Positions 10,239 through 19,596 of a stretch of 32,216 bases of DNA are shown one piece after another. The notes under the pieces were generated by a model, which did no database searches, had not been told where the DNA came from, and saw only the letters and a list, made by a program, of their open reading frames with translations. How positions within the stretch are numbered: position 1 is the first letter of the stretch; the number at the start of each line of letters is the position of its first letter. Source of the DNA: Actinomycetota bacterium (GTDB lineage Bacteria > Actinomycetota > Acidimicrobiia > Acidimicrobiales > CADCSY01). Location of the stretch: contig JAHWJR010000006.1 in NCBI GenBank assembly GCA_019348335.1, positions 1 to 32,216 on the forward strand, given 5' to 3'. A program made the translations under genes and the position numbers.

Positions 10239-11765
10239 CTACCCCCCCGCCCCGAAGGACGACAAGGCGTTGCCCACGGCGCCGTCGGTCAGCCCGAAGA
10301 GCAGGCCGGGGAAGATGCCGAGCACGAGGATGAGCACGAGCATCGGCACCCAGGCGACGTATTCCGGCCAATGCATGTCGGCGATGGGCGCCTCGGCGAA
10401 CTCGGGCTTGGGGGTGCCGAAGGCGGCCCGCTGCAGCATCCACAGGAGGTAGCCGGCGGCGAGGACGGTGCCCAGGGCAGCGATCACCATGTAGGTCCGG
10501 AACAGCGCCTCGGACAGGCCCTCCGCCGGGCTGTAGGCGGCCAGGATGGCGGGGAACTCACCCCAGAAGCCGGCGAGGCCCGGAAGGCCCAGCGAGGCCA
10601 TGGCGCAGAACCCGAGGATCCAGCCCATGCGGGGGGCCTGGAGGAGCAGGCCACCGAGGCGGGACAGCTCGAGGGTGTGAAAGCGGTCCTTCACCGAACC
10701 GGCGACGAAGAACAGCATCCCGGTGATGAGCCCGTGGGCCACCATGCCGAACACGGCGGCGTTGATGCCGAAGTCGGTGAGCGTGGCGATGCCCAGCATC
10801 ACGAAGCCCATGTGGGCCACCGAGGAGAAGGCGATGAGCCGCTTCATGTCGCTCTGGGCGAGGCAGCCGAGGGCGCCGTAGATGATGCCGACCACCGCCA
10901 GGCCGCCGATCACCGGCGCCCAGGCCATGGCCGCCTCGGGCAGGATCGGGATGGCGATGCGGATGAACCCGTAGGTGCCGAGCTTCAGCAGGATGGCGGC
11001 CAGGATGACCGACCCCTGGGTCGGGGCCTGGGTGTGGGCGTCCGGGAGCCACGTGTGGAACGGGAACATGGGCACCTTGATGGCGAAGCCCATGAACAGG
11101 CCCCCGAAGATGATCAGCTGCGTCGAGCGGGGGATGTTGTCGGCCGCCACCGCCACCAACTCCTGGATGGAGAAGGTCTGACCGCCCGAGAAGTACAGGG
11201 CCAGGAAGCTGAGGATCATCAGGGCCGAGCCGAACAGGGTGAACAGGAAGAACTTGATGGCGGCGTACTGGCGCTGCTCGCCGCCCCACACGCCGATCAT
11301 GAAGTACATCGGCAGGAGCACGACCTCGAAGAACACGAAGAACAGGATCAGGTCCTGGGCCACGAAGGTGCCGTTCATGCCGGTTTCGAGCACCAGGATG
11401 AGGATGAGGAACGCCTTGGGGTTGTGCGGCTCAGGGAAGTGGTTCCAGCTGTAGACCACGACCAGCACGCACACGAACATCGACAGCACCAGCAGGGGCA
11501 GGGAGATGCCGTCCACCCCGAGCAGGTAGCGACTGTTGATCACGTCGATCCACGGCGCGTCCACCCGGAACTGGAGTTGGTCGCTGGCGCCGTAGTCGAA
11601 GCGGGCCAGGATCAGCATTCCGACGGCGAAGGTGGCCAACGTGGCGCCCAGGGCCATGAGCTTGTGGGCGGTCTCGTTCTCCCTGGGCACGAGCAGCATG
11701 GCCGCGGCGACGACCAGGGGCACGAACACCGCCAGGCTGAGAGCCGAATCGTCGAGGGATTCCAT
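10239..11765 (-). CDS. nuoM: NADH-quinone oxidoreductase subunit M
   Basis: 508 aa, with FFVFFEVVLLPMYFMIGVWGG, KVPMFPFHTWLPDAHTQAPTQGSVILAAILLKLGTYGF and VAHMGFVMLG. Confidence 0.95.
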   Translation of the reverse strand: MESLDDSALSLAVFVPLVVAAAMLLVPRENETAHKLMALGATLATFAVGMLILARFDYGASDQLQFRVDAPWIDVINSRYLLGVDGISLPLLVLSMFVCVLVVVYSWNHFPEPHNPKAFLILILVLETGMNGTFVAQDLILFFVFFEVVLLPMYFMIGVWGGEQRQYAAIKFFLFTLFGSALMILSFLALYFSGGQTFSIQELVAVAADNIPRSTQLIIFGGLFMGFAIKVPMFPFHTWLPDAHTQAPTQGSVILAAILLKLGTYGFIRIAIPILPEAAMAWAPVIGGLAVVGIIYGALGCLAQSDMKRLIAFSSVAHMGFVMLGIATLTDFGINAAVFGMVAHGLITGMLFFVAGSVKDRFHTLELSRLGGLLLQAPRMGWILGFCAMASLGLPGLAGFWGEFPAILAAYSPAEGLSEALFRTYMVIAALGTVLAAGYLLWMLQRAAFGTPKPEFAEAPIADMHWPEYVAWVPMLVLILVLGIFPGLLFGLTDGAVGNALSSFGAGG

Positions 11766-11789
11766 GTCGTCCCGGTTCTCCTTGGTGAC

Positions 11790-13907
11790 TTAGACGAAGA
11801 TGATGAGGCCGAGCGCCAGCACCGTGGCGGCCCCGAACAACAGGGCGGCGTACTGCTGGACCCGCCCGGTCTGGATGGTGCGGAGGATGCCGCCGAAGCC
11901 CTCGGCGCCGAAGCCGGCGCCGTTGACCGCGCCGTCGACCACCGCCTGGTCGATGTGGCGGTAGGTCCAGTCGCCGGAGCGCCGGGCGGCGATGCCCACG
12001 GCGTTGACCACGCCGTCGATCACCTTCTGGTTGAACCAGTAGGCGGCCCGGGCGATGGCCCCCTTGACGGACCCGACGATGACCCCGGTGTAGAGGTGGT
12101 CGAGGTAGTACTTGTTGGTAAGCAGCGTGTAGCCGGATCGCGCCAGGGCGTTGCGGCGGGTGAGACCCCGCGGGAGGCGCCGCTCGAAGAACAGCAGGTA
12201 GGCGAAGGCGATGGCCGCCAGGACCACCACGGTGGAGACCACCGCGGGGAAGACCTCGAAGCTGTGATGCTCGACCCCGGCGAGCAGGAACACCCGGTTC
12301 TCGGTGATCTCGAAGAACTTCTCGACCCCGGGAGCGTTGAGCAGGCCGGCGCCCACCGAGAACACGGCCAGGACCATCAGCGGGATGGTGATGGGACGAG
12401 GTGACTCGTGGGGGTGCGCGTGCCCCCGGTACTCGCCGAAGAAGGTCAGGTAGACGCAGCGGGTCATGTAGGCGGCGGTGAGGAAGGCGCCCACGATGCC
12501 CACCAGCTCGAACACGGGGTAGCCGTTCTCGGCGGCGCCGACGAGGATCTCGTCCTTGGACCAGAAGCCGGCCAGCGGGAACAGCCCGGCCAGGGCCACC
12601 GAGCCGATGAGGAAGGTGACGAACGTCGTCGGCATGTACTTCCGCAGCCCGCCCATGTCGGCCTTCATGTCGAAGCTGTGGACGGCGTGGCTGACCGAGC
12701 CGGCCCCGAGGAACAGCAGGCCCTTGAAGAAGGCGTGGGTGAACAGGTGGAAGATGCCGGCGGTCCACGCACCCACGCCGAGTGCCATGACCATGTAGCC
12801 GAGCTGGCTCACCGTGGAGTAGGCCAGCACCTTCTTGATGTCGTCCTGCACGAAGGCCAGGGCGGCGGCGATGAGCACGGTGATCCCGCCGACGACGGCG
12901 ATGGGGTTGACCCCGCCGGCGCCGATGTCGAACGCCTCCCAGAACACCCCGTAGAGGCGGGCGACGAGGTAGACGCCGGCGACGACCATGGTGGCGGCAT
13001 GGATGAGCGCCGACACCGGCGTGGGACCGGCCATGGCGTCGGGGAGCCACGTGTGCAACGGGAACTGGGCTGACTTGCCGATCACCCCGATGAAGAGCCC
13101 GACGGCGCCGACCACCAGGGCGGTGTGGCCGATGGCCCCGGTCAGGGCCCGCTCGTTGATCAAGGCGATGTCGAAGGTCTGGCCGGCGGCGAAGAACAGC
13201 GTGACGATGCCGACCAGCAGGCCGACGTCGCCCGTACGGGTGGTGAGGAACGCCTTCATGGCGGCGTTGGAGTTCTCCGCCTTCTCCCACCAGTGCCCGA
13301 TCAACATGAAGCTGCACAGCCCCATGAGCTCCCAGCCGAACAGGGCCTGGAGCGTGCTGCTGGAGACCACCAGCAGCAGCATCCCGGTGGTGAACAGCGA
13401 CAGGGCGGCGAAGAAGTAGGTGAAGCGCACGTCACCGTGCATGTAGTTGGTGGAGAAGACGTGCACCAGCAGGGAGATGAGGGTGACGGTGAAGAGCATC
13501 ACCACCGTCAGCCCGTCGACGGCCGTGCCCGCGGTCACCTCGACGTCGCCGATGGTGAACCAGGTGACGTTGCGCTCGACCGCCGAGCGGATGGGGGTCT
13601 CCTCCCCGTGCCCACCGGTCTCCACCGCGGTCGCCACGACCTGGCGGTCCTCGCCTCGTTGCCCGCCCGCAGCCCCGTGTTCCTCTTCCTCCTCGCCGTG
13701 GACCTCCTCGCTCGTCCCGTGCGGCACCACCTCGGTGGCCGGACGGTCGACCCACTGGACGACGGCCACGCACGACAGCACGAAGGCGAGGCCCAGGGCG
13801 CCGATGCCGATCTCGGCACCGTGCCCCGGCAGGCGCTTGCCGAAGAAGAGGATGAGCCAGAAGGAGACGAAGGTGAGGGTGGGGATGACCCACGCGTTCT
13901 CGAGCAC
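11790..13907 (-). CDS. nuoL: NADH-quinone oxidoreductase subunit L
   Basis: GWELMGLCSFMLIGHWW, KSAQFPLHTWLPDAMAGPTPVSALIHAATMVVAGVYL, and a C-terminal lateral-helix region (YYLDHLY...). I chose the GTG at 13907 (VLENAWVIPTL...), 2 nt after the nuoK stop and in frame with track ORF 11790..14246. Confidence 0.9.
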   Translation of the reverse strand: MLENAWVIPTLTFVSFWLILFFGKRLPGHGAEIGIGALGLAFVLSCVAVVQWVDRPATEVVPHGTSEEVHGEEEEEHGAAGGQRGEDRQVVATAVETGGHGEETPIRSAVERNVTWFTIGDVEVTAGTAVDGLTVVMLFTVTLISLLVHVFSTNYMHGDVRFTYFFAALSLFTTGMLLLVVSSSTLQALFGWELMGLCSFMLIGHWWEKAENSNAAMKAFLTTRTGDVGLLVGIVTLFFAAGQTFDIALINERALTGAIGHTALVVGAVGLFIGVIGKSAQFPLHTWLPDAMAGPTPVSALIHAATMVVAGVYLVARLYGVFWEAFDIGAGGVNPIAVVGGITVLIAAALAFVQDDIKKVLAYSTVSQLGYMVMALGVGAWTAGIFHLFTHAFFKGLLFLGAGSVSHAVHSFDMKADMGGLRKYMPTTFVTFLIGSVALAGLFPLAGFWSKDEILVGAAENGYPVFELVGIVGAFLTAAYMTRCVYLTFFGEYRGHAHPHESPRPITIPLMVLAVFSVGAGLLNAPGVEKFFEITENRVFLLAGVEHHSFEVFPAVVSTVVVLAAIAFAYLLFFERRLPRGLTRRNALARSGYTLLTNKYYLDHLYTGVIVGSVKGAIARAAYWFNQKVIDGVVNAVGIAARRSGDWTYRHIDQAVVDGAVNGAGFGAEGFGGILRTIQTGRVQQYAALLFGAATVLALGLIIFV

Positions 13908-13909
13908 GG

Positions 13910-14218
13910 TCAGCCCTTCATGAGGTCGACCTCGTCGAGGTCGACGCTCGCCCGGTTGCGGTAGATGAGCAGGACGATGGCGAGCCCCACGCCGACCTCG
14001 GCGGCGGCGATGGTGATGACGAACAGGGCGAACACCTGCCCGGTCACCGCCCCGGAGGCGCCCTGGAGCGCCCCGAGGGCCACCAGGTTGATGTTGACGG
14101 CGTTCAGGATGAGCTCGATGGACATCAGCACCAGGACGCCGTTGCGCCGGGCCAGCACGCCGTAGACGCCGATGGAGAACAGCACCGCCCCCAGCACGAG
14201 GAACTGGTTGACCAGCAT
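13910..14218 (-). CDS. nuoK: NADH-quinone oxidoreductase subunit K
   Basis: 102 aa with three TM helices: MLVNQFLVLGAVLFSIGVYGVLARRNGVLVLMSIELILNAVNINLV...AAAEVGVGLAIVL. GGAGGAGGGAG lies upstream. Confidence 0.95.
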   Translation of the reverse strand: MLVNQFLVLGAVLFSIGVYGVLARRNGVLVLMSIELILNAVNINLVALGALQGASGAVTGQVFALFVITIAAAEVGVGLAIVLLIYRNRASVDLDEVDLMKG

Positions 14219-14273
14219 CAGCTCCCTCCTCCGGCGGAGACCGCAAGGCGCGGTCGCCTCGATGACGGCACGG

Positions 14274-14792
14274 TCACTCCCTCCTCGCCAGGACGATGGC
14301 TCCCACCAGTGCGGCGAGCAGGAGCACGGAGACGACCTCGAAGGGGACCAGGTAGGTGGAGAAGATGGCGTCGCCCACCGCGCCGGTGCCCCGTTCGGCG
14401 GTCAACGCCTCCCGGTCCAGGCCCTCGAGCCGGGGCAGGCGCTCGTCGCCGAAGGCCTCGACCAGGACGTAGGACAGCACCCCGAACAGGAAGAGGCCGG
14501 TGATGCCCGCCAGCCAGCGCTGGTCGTTGTCGAGGCCCGACTCGCGACCGAGCGTCGGGCGGGTCAGCATGATCCCGAACAGGAACAGCACCACGATGGC
14601 CCCGATGTAGATCAGGACCTGCACCGCGGCCAGGAACTCGGCGGCCAGCAGGACGTACAGCGCTCCCACGCTTCCCAGGACCGCCACCAGGTAGAGCGCG
14701 GCGTGCACCACGTTGCGGGTGGTGACCACCCGCAGGGCGGCGAGCACGGCCACCACGGCGAGGACGGCGAACACCAGGTTCTGCGCGGCCAT
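14274..14792 (-). CDS. nuoJ: NADH-quinone oxidoreductase subunit J
   Basis: 172 aa, with RNVVHAALYLVAVLGSVGALYVLLAAEFLAAVQVLIYIGAIVVLFLFGIML. Its position between nuoI and nuoK fits. Confidence 0.9.
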   Translation of the reverse strand: MAAQNLVFAVLAVVAVLAALRVVTTRNVVHAALYLVAVLGSVGALYVLLAAEFLAAVQVLIYIGAIVVLFLFGIMLTRPTLGRESGLDNDQRWLAGITGLFLFGVLSYVLVEAFGDERLPRLEGLDREALTAERGTGAVGDAIFSTYLVPFEVVSVLLLAALVGAIVLARRE

Positions 14793-14798
14793 GGGCGA

Positions 14799-15275
14799 TT
14801 ACCTCTTGCCCGCCTGGGCGCCCGCCTCGAGCGGCTCGGGTTCGGGCACGCCGTCCATCCACTCGCCGAGACGCTCCTTGTCGTGGAGCAGATCGGCGAT
14901 GCGGGGCTCGGAGTACTCGTACTCGGGACTCCAGAACAGCGCGTCGAAGGGGCAGACCTCCACGCAGATCCCGCAGTACATGCACAGTGAGTAGTCGATG
15001 TCGAAGCGGTCGAGCAGCTGGACGGTGCGGGGCTTGCCCCCCGGGCGCCGGGGCGGTGCCTTGGTCTTGTGGCCCTCGATGTAGATGCACCAGTCGGGGC
15101 ACTGGCGGGCACACAGCATGCAGACCGTGCAGTTCTCCTCCTTGAGGGCGATCACGCCCCGGGCCCGCGTGGGGGGCGCCTCCTTGACTCGCGGGTACTG
15201 CGTGGTGACCGCCGGCTTCAGCATGGTCCGCAGGGTCACGCCGAGGCCCTTCATCAGGCCGGGTAGCTCTGGCAC
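14799..15275 (-). CDS. nuoI: NADH-quinone oxidoreductase subunit I (2x[4Fe-4S] ferredoxin-type)
   Basis: Two CxxCxxCxxxCP motifs ([12 protein letters not shown] and [12 protein letters not shown]). The GTG at 15275 is preceded by GGAAGGAGG with a 6-nt spacer and follows the nuoH stop. It is in frame with track ORF 14799..15920. Confidence 0.9.
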   Translation of the reverse strand: MPELPGLMKGLGVTLRTMLKPAVTTQYPRVKEAPPTRARGVIALKEENCTVCMLCARQCPDWCIYIEGHKTKAPPRRPGGKPRTVQLLDRFDIDYSLCMYCGICVEVCPFDALFWSPEYEYSEPRIADLLHDKERLGEWMDGVPEPEPLEAGAQAGKR

Positions 15276-15289
15276 GAGTGACCTCCTTC

Positions 15290-16321
15290 CTAGAAGAGAA
15301 CCTTGAACACGCCGGTGGCCAGGATGTTGACCAGGGCGAGGGGGATGAGGAACTTCCAGGCGAACGTCTGGAGCTGGTCCTCCCGCAGGCGAGGGTAGGT
15401 GAAGCGGATCCAGAAGATCAGGAAGGCGACGAGCATGGTCTTGACGAACAGCACCGCGGGCCCGACCAGGTTGGAGATCAGCCCGCCGTCGACGTCGAGG
15501 CCGGGGACGTACCAACCGCCCAGGAACATGGTGGCGGCCAGGGCCGAGAAGGCGAAGGCGGCCCCGAACTCGCCGAGGTAGAAGAACAGGAACTGGAGGC
15601 CGCTGTACTCGACCTGGTAACCGGCCACCAGCTCGGACTCGGCGATGGGCATGTCGAACGGCGGCTGGGTGAGCTCGGCCTGGGTCGCCACCAGGAACAG
15701 GGCGAAGCCGATGAACTGGGTGAAGATGAAGGGCTGGCCGATGAGGCCGACCCCGAAGATGGCGCCCTCGGCTTGGGCCCGCACGATGCCCTGCAGGCTC
15801 AGCTCGCCCGACTGGATGACCACGCCGACCACGGCGAGCACCAGGGGCAACTCGTAGGCGATGAGCTGGCCGGCCGCCCGCAGGCCGCCCATGAGGGCGT
15901 ACTTGTTGGCCGAGGCCCAACCCGCCATGAGGATGCCCAGCACCGAGATGGAGGACACGGCCAGAGCGAAGAAGATGCCGATGTCGAGGTCTTCGGCCAC
16001 CACGTTGGGCCCGGCGGGGATGACGACGAACAGCAGGAACGTCGACAACAGGACCACGACCGGCGCCAGGAAGAACACCCTGCGGTCGGCCCGCTCGGGC
16101 GCCAGGAGCTCCTTCTGCACGAACTTGGCCCCGTCGGCCAGCAGCTGGAGGGCGCCGTGGGGCCCAGCCTCCATGGGACCGAGCCGGCTCTGCATGTGGG
16201 CCATCATCTTGAACAGGAAGGTCTGCACGATGACGGCCGTGGCCGTGGGCACGATCACCATCACGGCCAGGACCTTGATGACCAGCAGCTGCCAGTACGC
16301 CAACTCGACCGCGAGGATCAC
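15290..16321 (-). CDS. nuoH: NADH-quinone oxidoreductase subunit H
   Basis: 343 aa, with [48 protein letters not shown] and [14 protein letters not shown]. It has a GTG start 28 nt after the nuoD stop. Confidence 0.95.
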   Translation of the reverse strand: MILAVELAYWQLLVIKVLAVMVIVPTATAVIVQTFLFKMMAHMQSRLGPMEAGPHGALQLLADGAKFVQKELLAPERADRRVFFLAPVVVLLSTFLLFVVIPAGPNVVAEDLDIGIFFALAVSSISVLGILMAGWASANKYALMGGLRAAGQLIAYELPLVLAVVGVVIQSGELSLQGIVRAQAEGAIFGVGLIGQPFIFTQFIGFALFLVATQAELTQPPFDMPIAESELVAGYQVEYSGLQFLFFYLGEFGAAFAFSALAATMFLGGWYVPGLDVDGGLISNLVGPAVLFVKTMLVAFLIFWIRFTYPRLREDQLQTFAWKFLIPLALVNILATGVFKVLF

Positions 16322-16349
16322 CGGGGGGACCCCCGCTGCACGGGTGCTG

Positions 16350-17522
16350 TCATCGGTCGATGTCCCCGAGGATGAAGTAGAGGGAGGCGAGGATGGTGAT
16401 CACGTCGGGAACGTAGACGCCCTTCATGACCCAGGGCACGATGGAGATGTTGTTGAACGAGGGCGTGCGGATCTTGACCCGGAAGGGGCCGAGGTCGCCC
16501 TTGCTGACGACGTAGTAGCCCATCTCGCCCAGCGGGTTCTCGGTGGATACCCAGGCCTCGCCCGCCGGCACCTTGATGATGCGGGGCACCTTGGCCATGA
16601 TCGGGCCCGACGGGAGCCCGTCGAGCAGCTGGTCGACGATGTGCGCCGCCTCTCGCGTCTCCTGGAGACGCACCCAGTACCGGGCGAAGCTGTCGCCGTC
16701 GGGGTGGGTCCACACCTTCCAGTCCACCTCCGACCACGCCAGCGGGTTGGGGCTGTCGCGGCGAAGGTCCCAGTCGACCCCGGACGCCCGGAGGTTGGCT
16801 CCTGACAGCCCGTAGCTGAGCGCGATCTCGGGAGGGATGACCCCGATGCCCCTCGCCCTGGTCTCGAAGATCTCGTTGCCGAGGAGCAGCGTCTCCATCT
16901 CGTCGCAGAAGCGGCGCACCTTGTCCATGGCCGATTTGGTCTCGGCCACCCATCCCTTGGGCAGGTCCTCCTTCAGGCCGCCGATGCGGTCGTAGTTGGG
17001 ATGGAACCGGCCGCCCGTGGCCGCCTCGATCTGGTTGAGCACGTGCTCCCGGTCACGGAAGGCGTAGAAGACGGCGGTGATGGCCCCGAGCTGCACCCCC
17101 ATGTCGCCCAGGAAAAGGGTGATGTTGGCGATGCGCGACATCTCGAACAGCACGGTGCGGATCCACTGCGCCCGGGGTGGGGCCTCGATCTCCATGAGCT
17201 GCTCGGCGGCGAGGATGAAGGGCACCTCGTTGGCGAAGCTGCCGAGCCAGTCGATGCGGTTGATCAGCGTGGTGACCTGGGGGTAGGTGCGGACCTCGAC
17301 CAACTTCTCGTAACCACGGTGCATGTAGCCCATGACCGGCTCGGCGGAGATGACCTGCTCACCGTCGAGGCGGGTGATGATCCGTAGGGTGCCGTGGGTG
17401 GCCGGGTGCTGCGGCCCGATGTTCAGGGTCATCCCGTCGGTCTCCAGCTCGACGTTGACCCGGGCGTCGGCGGCCTGGCCGGTGACGTACGCCCGCTGCT
17501 GGTTCTGGGGGACGGCGCTCAT
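16350..17522 (-). CDS. nuoD: NADH-quinone oxidoreductase subunit D (49-kDa/NDUFS2 homolog)
   Basis: 390 aa, with LNIGPQHPATHGTLRI, GYMHRGYEKLVE, and a C-terminal ILASLYFILGDIDR. Confidence 0.95.
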   Translation of the reverse strand: MSAVPQNQQRAYVTGQAADARVNVELETDGMTLNIGPQHPATHGTLRIITRLDGEQVISAEPVMGYMHRGYEKLVEVRTYPQVTTLINRIDWLGSFANEVPFILAAEQLMEIEAPPRAQWIRTVLFEMSRIANITLFLGDMGVQLGAITAVFYAFRDREHVLNQIEAATGGRFHPNYDRIGGLKEDLPKGWVAETKSAMDKVRRFCDEMETLLLGNEIFETRARGIGVIPPEIALSYGLSGANLRASGVDWDLRRDSPNPLAWSEVDWKVWTHPDGDSFARYWVRLQETREAAHIVDQLLDGLPSGPIMAKVPRIIKVPAGEAWVSTENPLGEMGYYVVSKGDLGPFRVKIRTPSFNNISIVPWVMKGVYVPDVITILASLYFILGDIDR

Positions 17523-17536
17523 GCGGACATCGTCCT

Positions 17537-18685
17537 TCAGGACCCGTCACCTTCGCCGGGCATGGCCTCGACGTCGACCAACCCCGGCCAGGGCTTGACC
17601 TCCCGGGACAGCAGGGGGAAGTCCTTGCGCAGGGGGTTCCCCTCGAACGCGCCCGGCAGGTAGAGGTGGATGAGGTTGGGGTGGCCGTCGAAGGTGATGC
17701 CGTACATCTCCCACGCCTCGCGCTCGTGCCAGTCGGCCCCGGCGTACACCCCCACCAGCGACGGGGCCCGCAGGTCGTCGTCGGGCAGGTCGGCCTTGAG
17801 GATCAGGCCCACCGAGGTGACCGGCGCCATCAGCCGGGCGAACAGCTGGAAGCGGGTCTCGCCGCCGGCGTAGCCGTGCTCGATGGCAGCGGGTGACTCC
17901 TCATCACCACCCTGCTCGGCATCGTCGGCGTTCTCGTCACCGGCCGCCGGCTCCTCACTGCGACCGTAGGGCGACGGCATCCAGTCGATGGCGGAGAGGA
18001 AGCAGAAGTAGGTCAGGCCGAGCTCGTCTCGGCACACCTCGGCCGTTCGGCGCCACGCGTCGACGCTCACCCGGGCCCACAGCTCGCGCCCGTGGGCCAC
18101 GTGGGTCTGCTGCAGGTCGTCACCCAGCGCCGACCTCAGCGTGTCGAGCAGGCGGCCGGCGGCCTCGTCGACCTCGGGGGTCTCGGCGCTGTCCACCACC
18201 TCGGCCACCTCGTCGGCCCGAGCGGCCTTGTCGGCCCGGGACCGCTCCGCCGCCGCGCCCTCGCGCACGGCGGCGGTGGGCGTGGGCGGGGGTTGCTCGG
18301 GGACCACCGCGGAATCGGTGCCCGACGCCGGAGCACCTGCGGCCGGGGCCGTCGCCGCCGGCGCCGTGGTGTCGGGTGAGCCGGCGTCCCCGCCGGGGAC
18401 CTGGGCCACGTCGTCGGCTGCGGGGGAGGCCGAGCCGCCCCGCTCCTGGCCCTGGGAAGGGGTCTGGTCACTCGACAGCTCGCCCGGAGCACCCGGCGCC
18501 GGCACCGGCTCGTCGTCCGCCGCCGTGGTCCCCTCCCCCGGCGCCGCCGATGACCCCGTCGGCTGGTTCGAGTCGGCCGGGTTGGCGATCTCGCTCTGGA
18601 GCCCCGGGTCGTCGATGTCGTCGGCCGACGGGGCCTGTCCCTCGGCGTCCGGCTCCTCCCGACCGTCCGGATCAACCGACGACAA
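17537..18685 (-). CDS. nuoC: NADH-quinone oxidoreductase subunit C with a long disordered N-terminal extension
   Basis: The core is [12 protein letters not shown] ... [29 protein letters not shown] ... PLRKDFPL. The TTG start at 18685 overlaps the nuoB end by 14 nt. The first 170 or so residues are Asp/Pro/Ala-rich but keep high third-position GC. Internal GTG starts cannot be excluded. Confidence 0.8.
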   Translation of the reverse strand: MSSVDPDGREEPDAEGQAPSADDIDDPGLQSEIANPADSNQPTGSSAAPGEGTTAADDEPVPAPGAPGELSSDQTPSQGQERGGSASPAADDVAQVPGGDAGSPDTTAPAATAPAAGAPASGTDSAVVPEQPPPTPTAAVREGAAAERSRADKAARADEVAEVVDSAETPEVDEAAGRLLDTLRSALGDDLQQTHVAHGRELWARVSVDAWRRTAEVCRDELGLTYFCFLSAIDWMPSPYGRSEEPAAGDENADDAEQGGDEESPAAIEHGYAGGETRFQLFARLMAPVTSVGLILKADLPDDDLRAPSLVGVYAGADWHEREAWEMYGITFDGHPNLIHLYLPGAFEGNPLRKDFPLLSREVKPWPGLVDVEAMPGEGDGS

Positions 18686-19172
18686 TGGGCTCCCCTCTCC
18701 AGCGCTCGGACATGTCCTCGTTGCGGATGCGCTCCTGGAGCAGCACGATGCCCTCCAGCAACGCCTCCGGGCGAGGCGGGCAGCCGGGAACGTAGACGTC
18801 GACGGGCACGATCTGGTCGACCCCCTTGGTGACCGAGTAGGAGTCCCAATAGGGGCCGCCGCAGTTGGCGCAGCTGCCCATGGAGATCACGTACTTGGGT
18901 TCGGGCATCTGCTCGTAGAGCCGGCGGATGGCCGGGGCCATCTTGTCGGTCACCGTGCCCGAGATCACCACCAGGTCGGCTTGGCGGGGGCTGACGGGAA
19001 AGGGGATGACGCCCAGGCGCATGACGTCGTAGCGGGGGGAGCCGAACGTCGCGCCCATCTCGATGGCGCAGCAGGCGAGGCCCCACTGGTAGACCCACAG
19101 CGAGTAGCTGCGGCTGAGGTTGAGCAGATGGCTGAGAGGCTTGGGTATCTTCGCCCGTTCGACTAGACCCAC
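18672..19172 (-). CDS. nuoB: NADH-quinone oxidoreductase subunit B
   Basis: [25 protein letters not shown] and [11 protein letters not shown] (ligands of cluster N2). I chose the GTG at 19172 ([10 protein letters not shown]...), which overlaps the nuoA end by 10 nt and is in frame with track ORF 18672..19442. Confidence 0.9.
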   Translation of the reverse strand: MGLVERAKIPKPLSHLLNLSRSYSLWVYQWGLACCAIEMGATFGSPRYDVMRLGVIPFPVSPRQADLVVISGTVTDKMAPAIRRLYEQMPEPKYVISMGSCANCGGPYWDSYSVTKGVDQIVPVDVYVPGCPPRPEALLEGIVLLQERIRNEDMSERWRGEPIVVG

Positions 19173-19528
19173 CGCAGGACTCCCTTCCGCCAGGCGTACA
19201 CCAGACCGAGGGCGAGTATGACGATGAAGATGCCCATCTCCACCAAGCCGAACAGGCCGTAGCTCTCCAGCCGCAGGGCCCACGGGAAGATGAACACCGC
19301 CTCCACGTCGAACAGCACGAAGAGCAGGGCGAAGATGTAATAGCGAACCTGGCTCTGACCGAACCCGGGGCCCACGGGGTCGACGCCACTCTCGTAGGCG
19401 ATCGACTTCTGGGCGGTGGGACGGGAGGGCCGGATCAGCCACCCGGCGCCCAGCATGAGGGCGACCAGCAGGCCCGCAGCTCCGGCGAAGACGGCCACCG
19501 TGAGGTAGGCACGCAGGAACTCGGACAC
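19163..19528 (-). CDS. nuoA: NADH-quinone oxidoreductase subunit A
   Basis: 121 aa with three TM helices: YESGVDPVG...[23 protein letters not shown]. It has a GTG start and is the first gene of the operon. Confidence 0.9.
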   Translation of the reverse strand: MSEFLRAYLTVAVFAGAAGLLVALMLGAGWLIRPSRPTAQKSIAYESGVDPVGPGFGQSQVRYYIFALLFVLFDVEAVFIFPWALRLESYGLFGLVEMGIFIVILALGLVYAWRKGVLRWV

Positions 19529-19596
19529 TTGCTCAGACTAGTGATCCCGTTCACCCGGGGCGAGTCCTCCCCCGGCTCGCCCTACCATCCGCCACT
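19529..19596. promoter_or_regulatory. Divergent promoter region between nuoA and the redoxin gene
   Basis: The spacer is 68 nt with no SD on either side. TACCAT (19583-19588, plus) ends 8 nt before the GTG at 19597. TAGTCT (complement of 19535-19540) ends 6 nt before the nuoA GTG at 19528. Both fit the TANNNT -10 spacing of leaderless transcripts. A 7-bp inverted repeat, GGGCGAG (19558-19564) / CTCGCCC (19576-19582), lies between them. Confidence 0.3.

Noticed and set aside
14239-14255. The GACCGC-AAGGC-GCGGTC hairpin between nuoJ and nuoK
   Set aside because: It is real in the sequence, but it is a 6-bp stem inside a tightly packed operon next to a strong SD. It is most likely an incidental or minor mRNA-stability element and not worth a separate finding.
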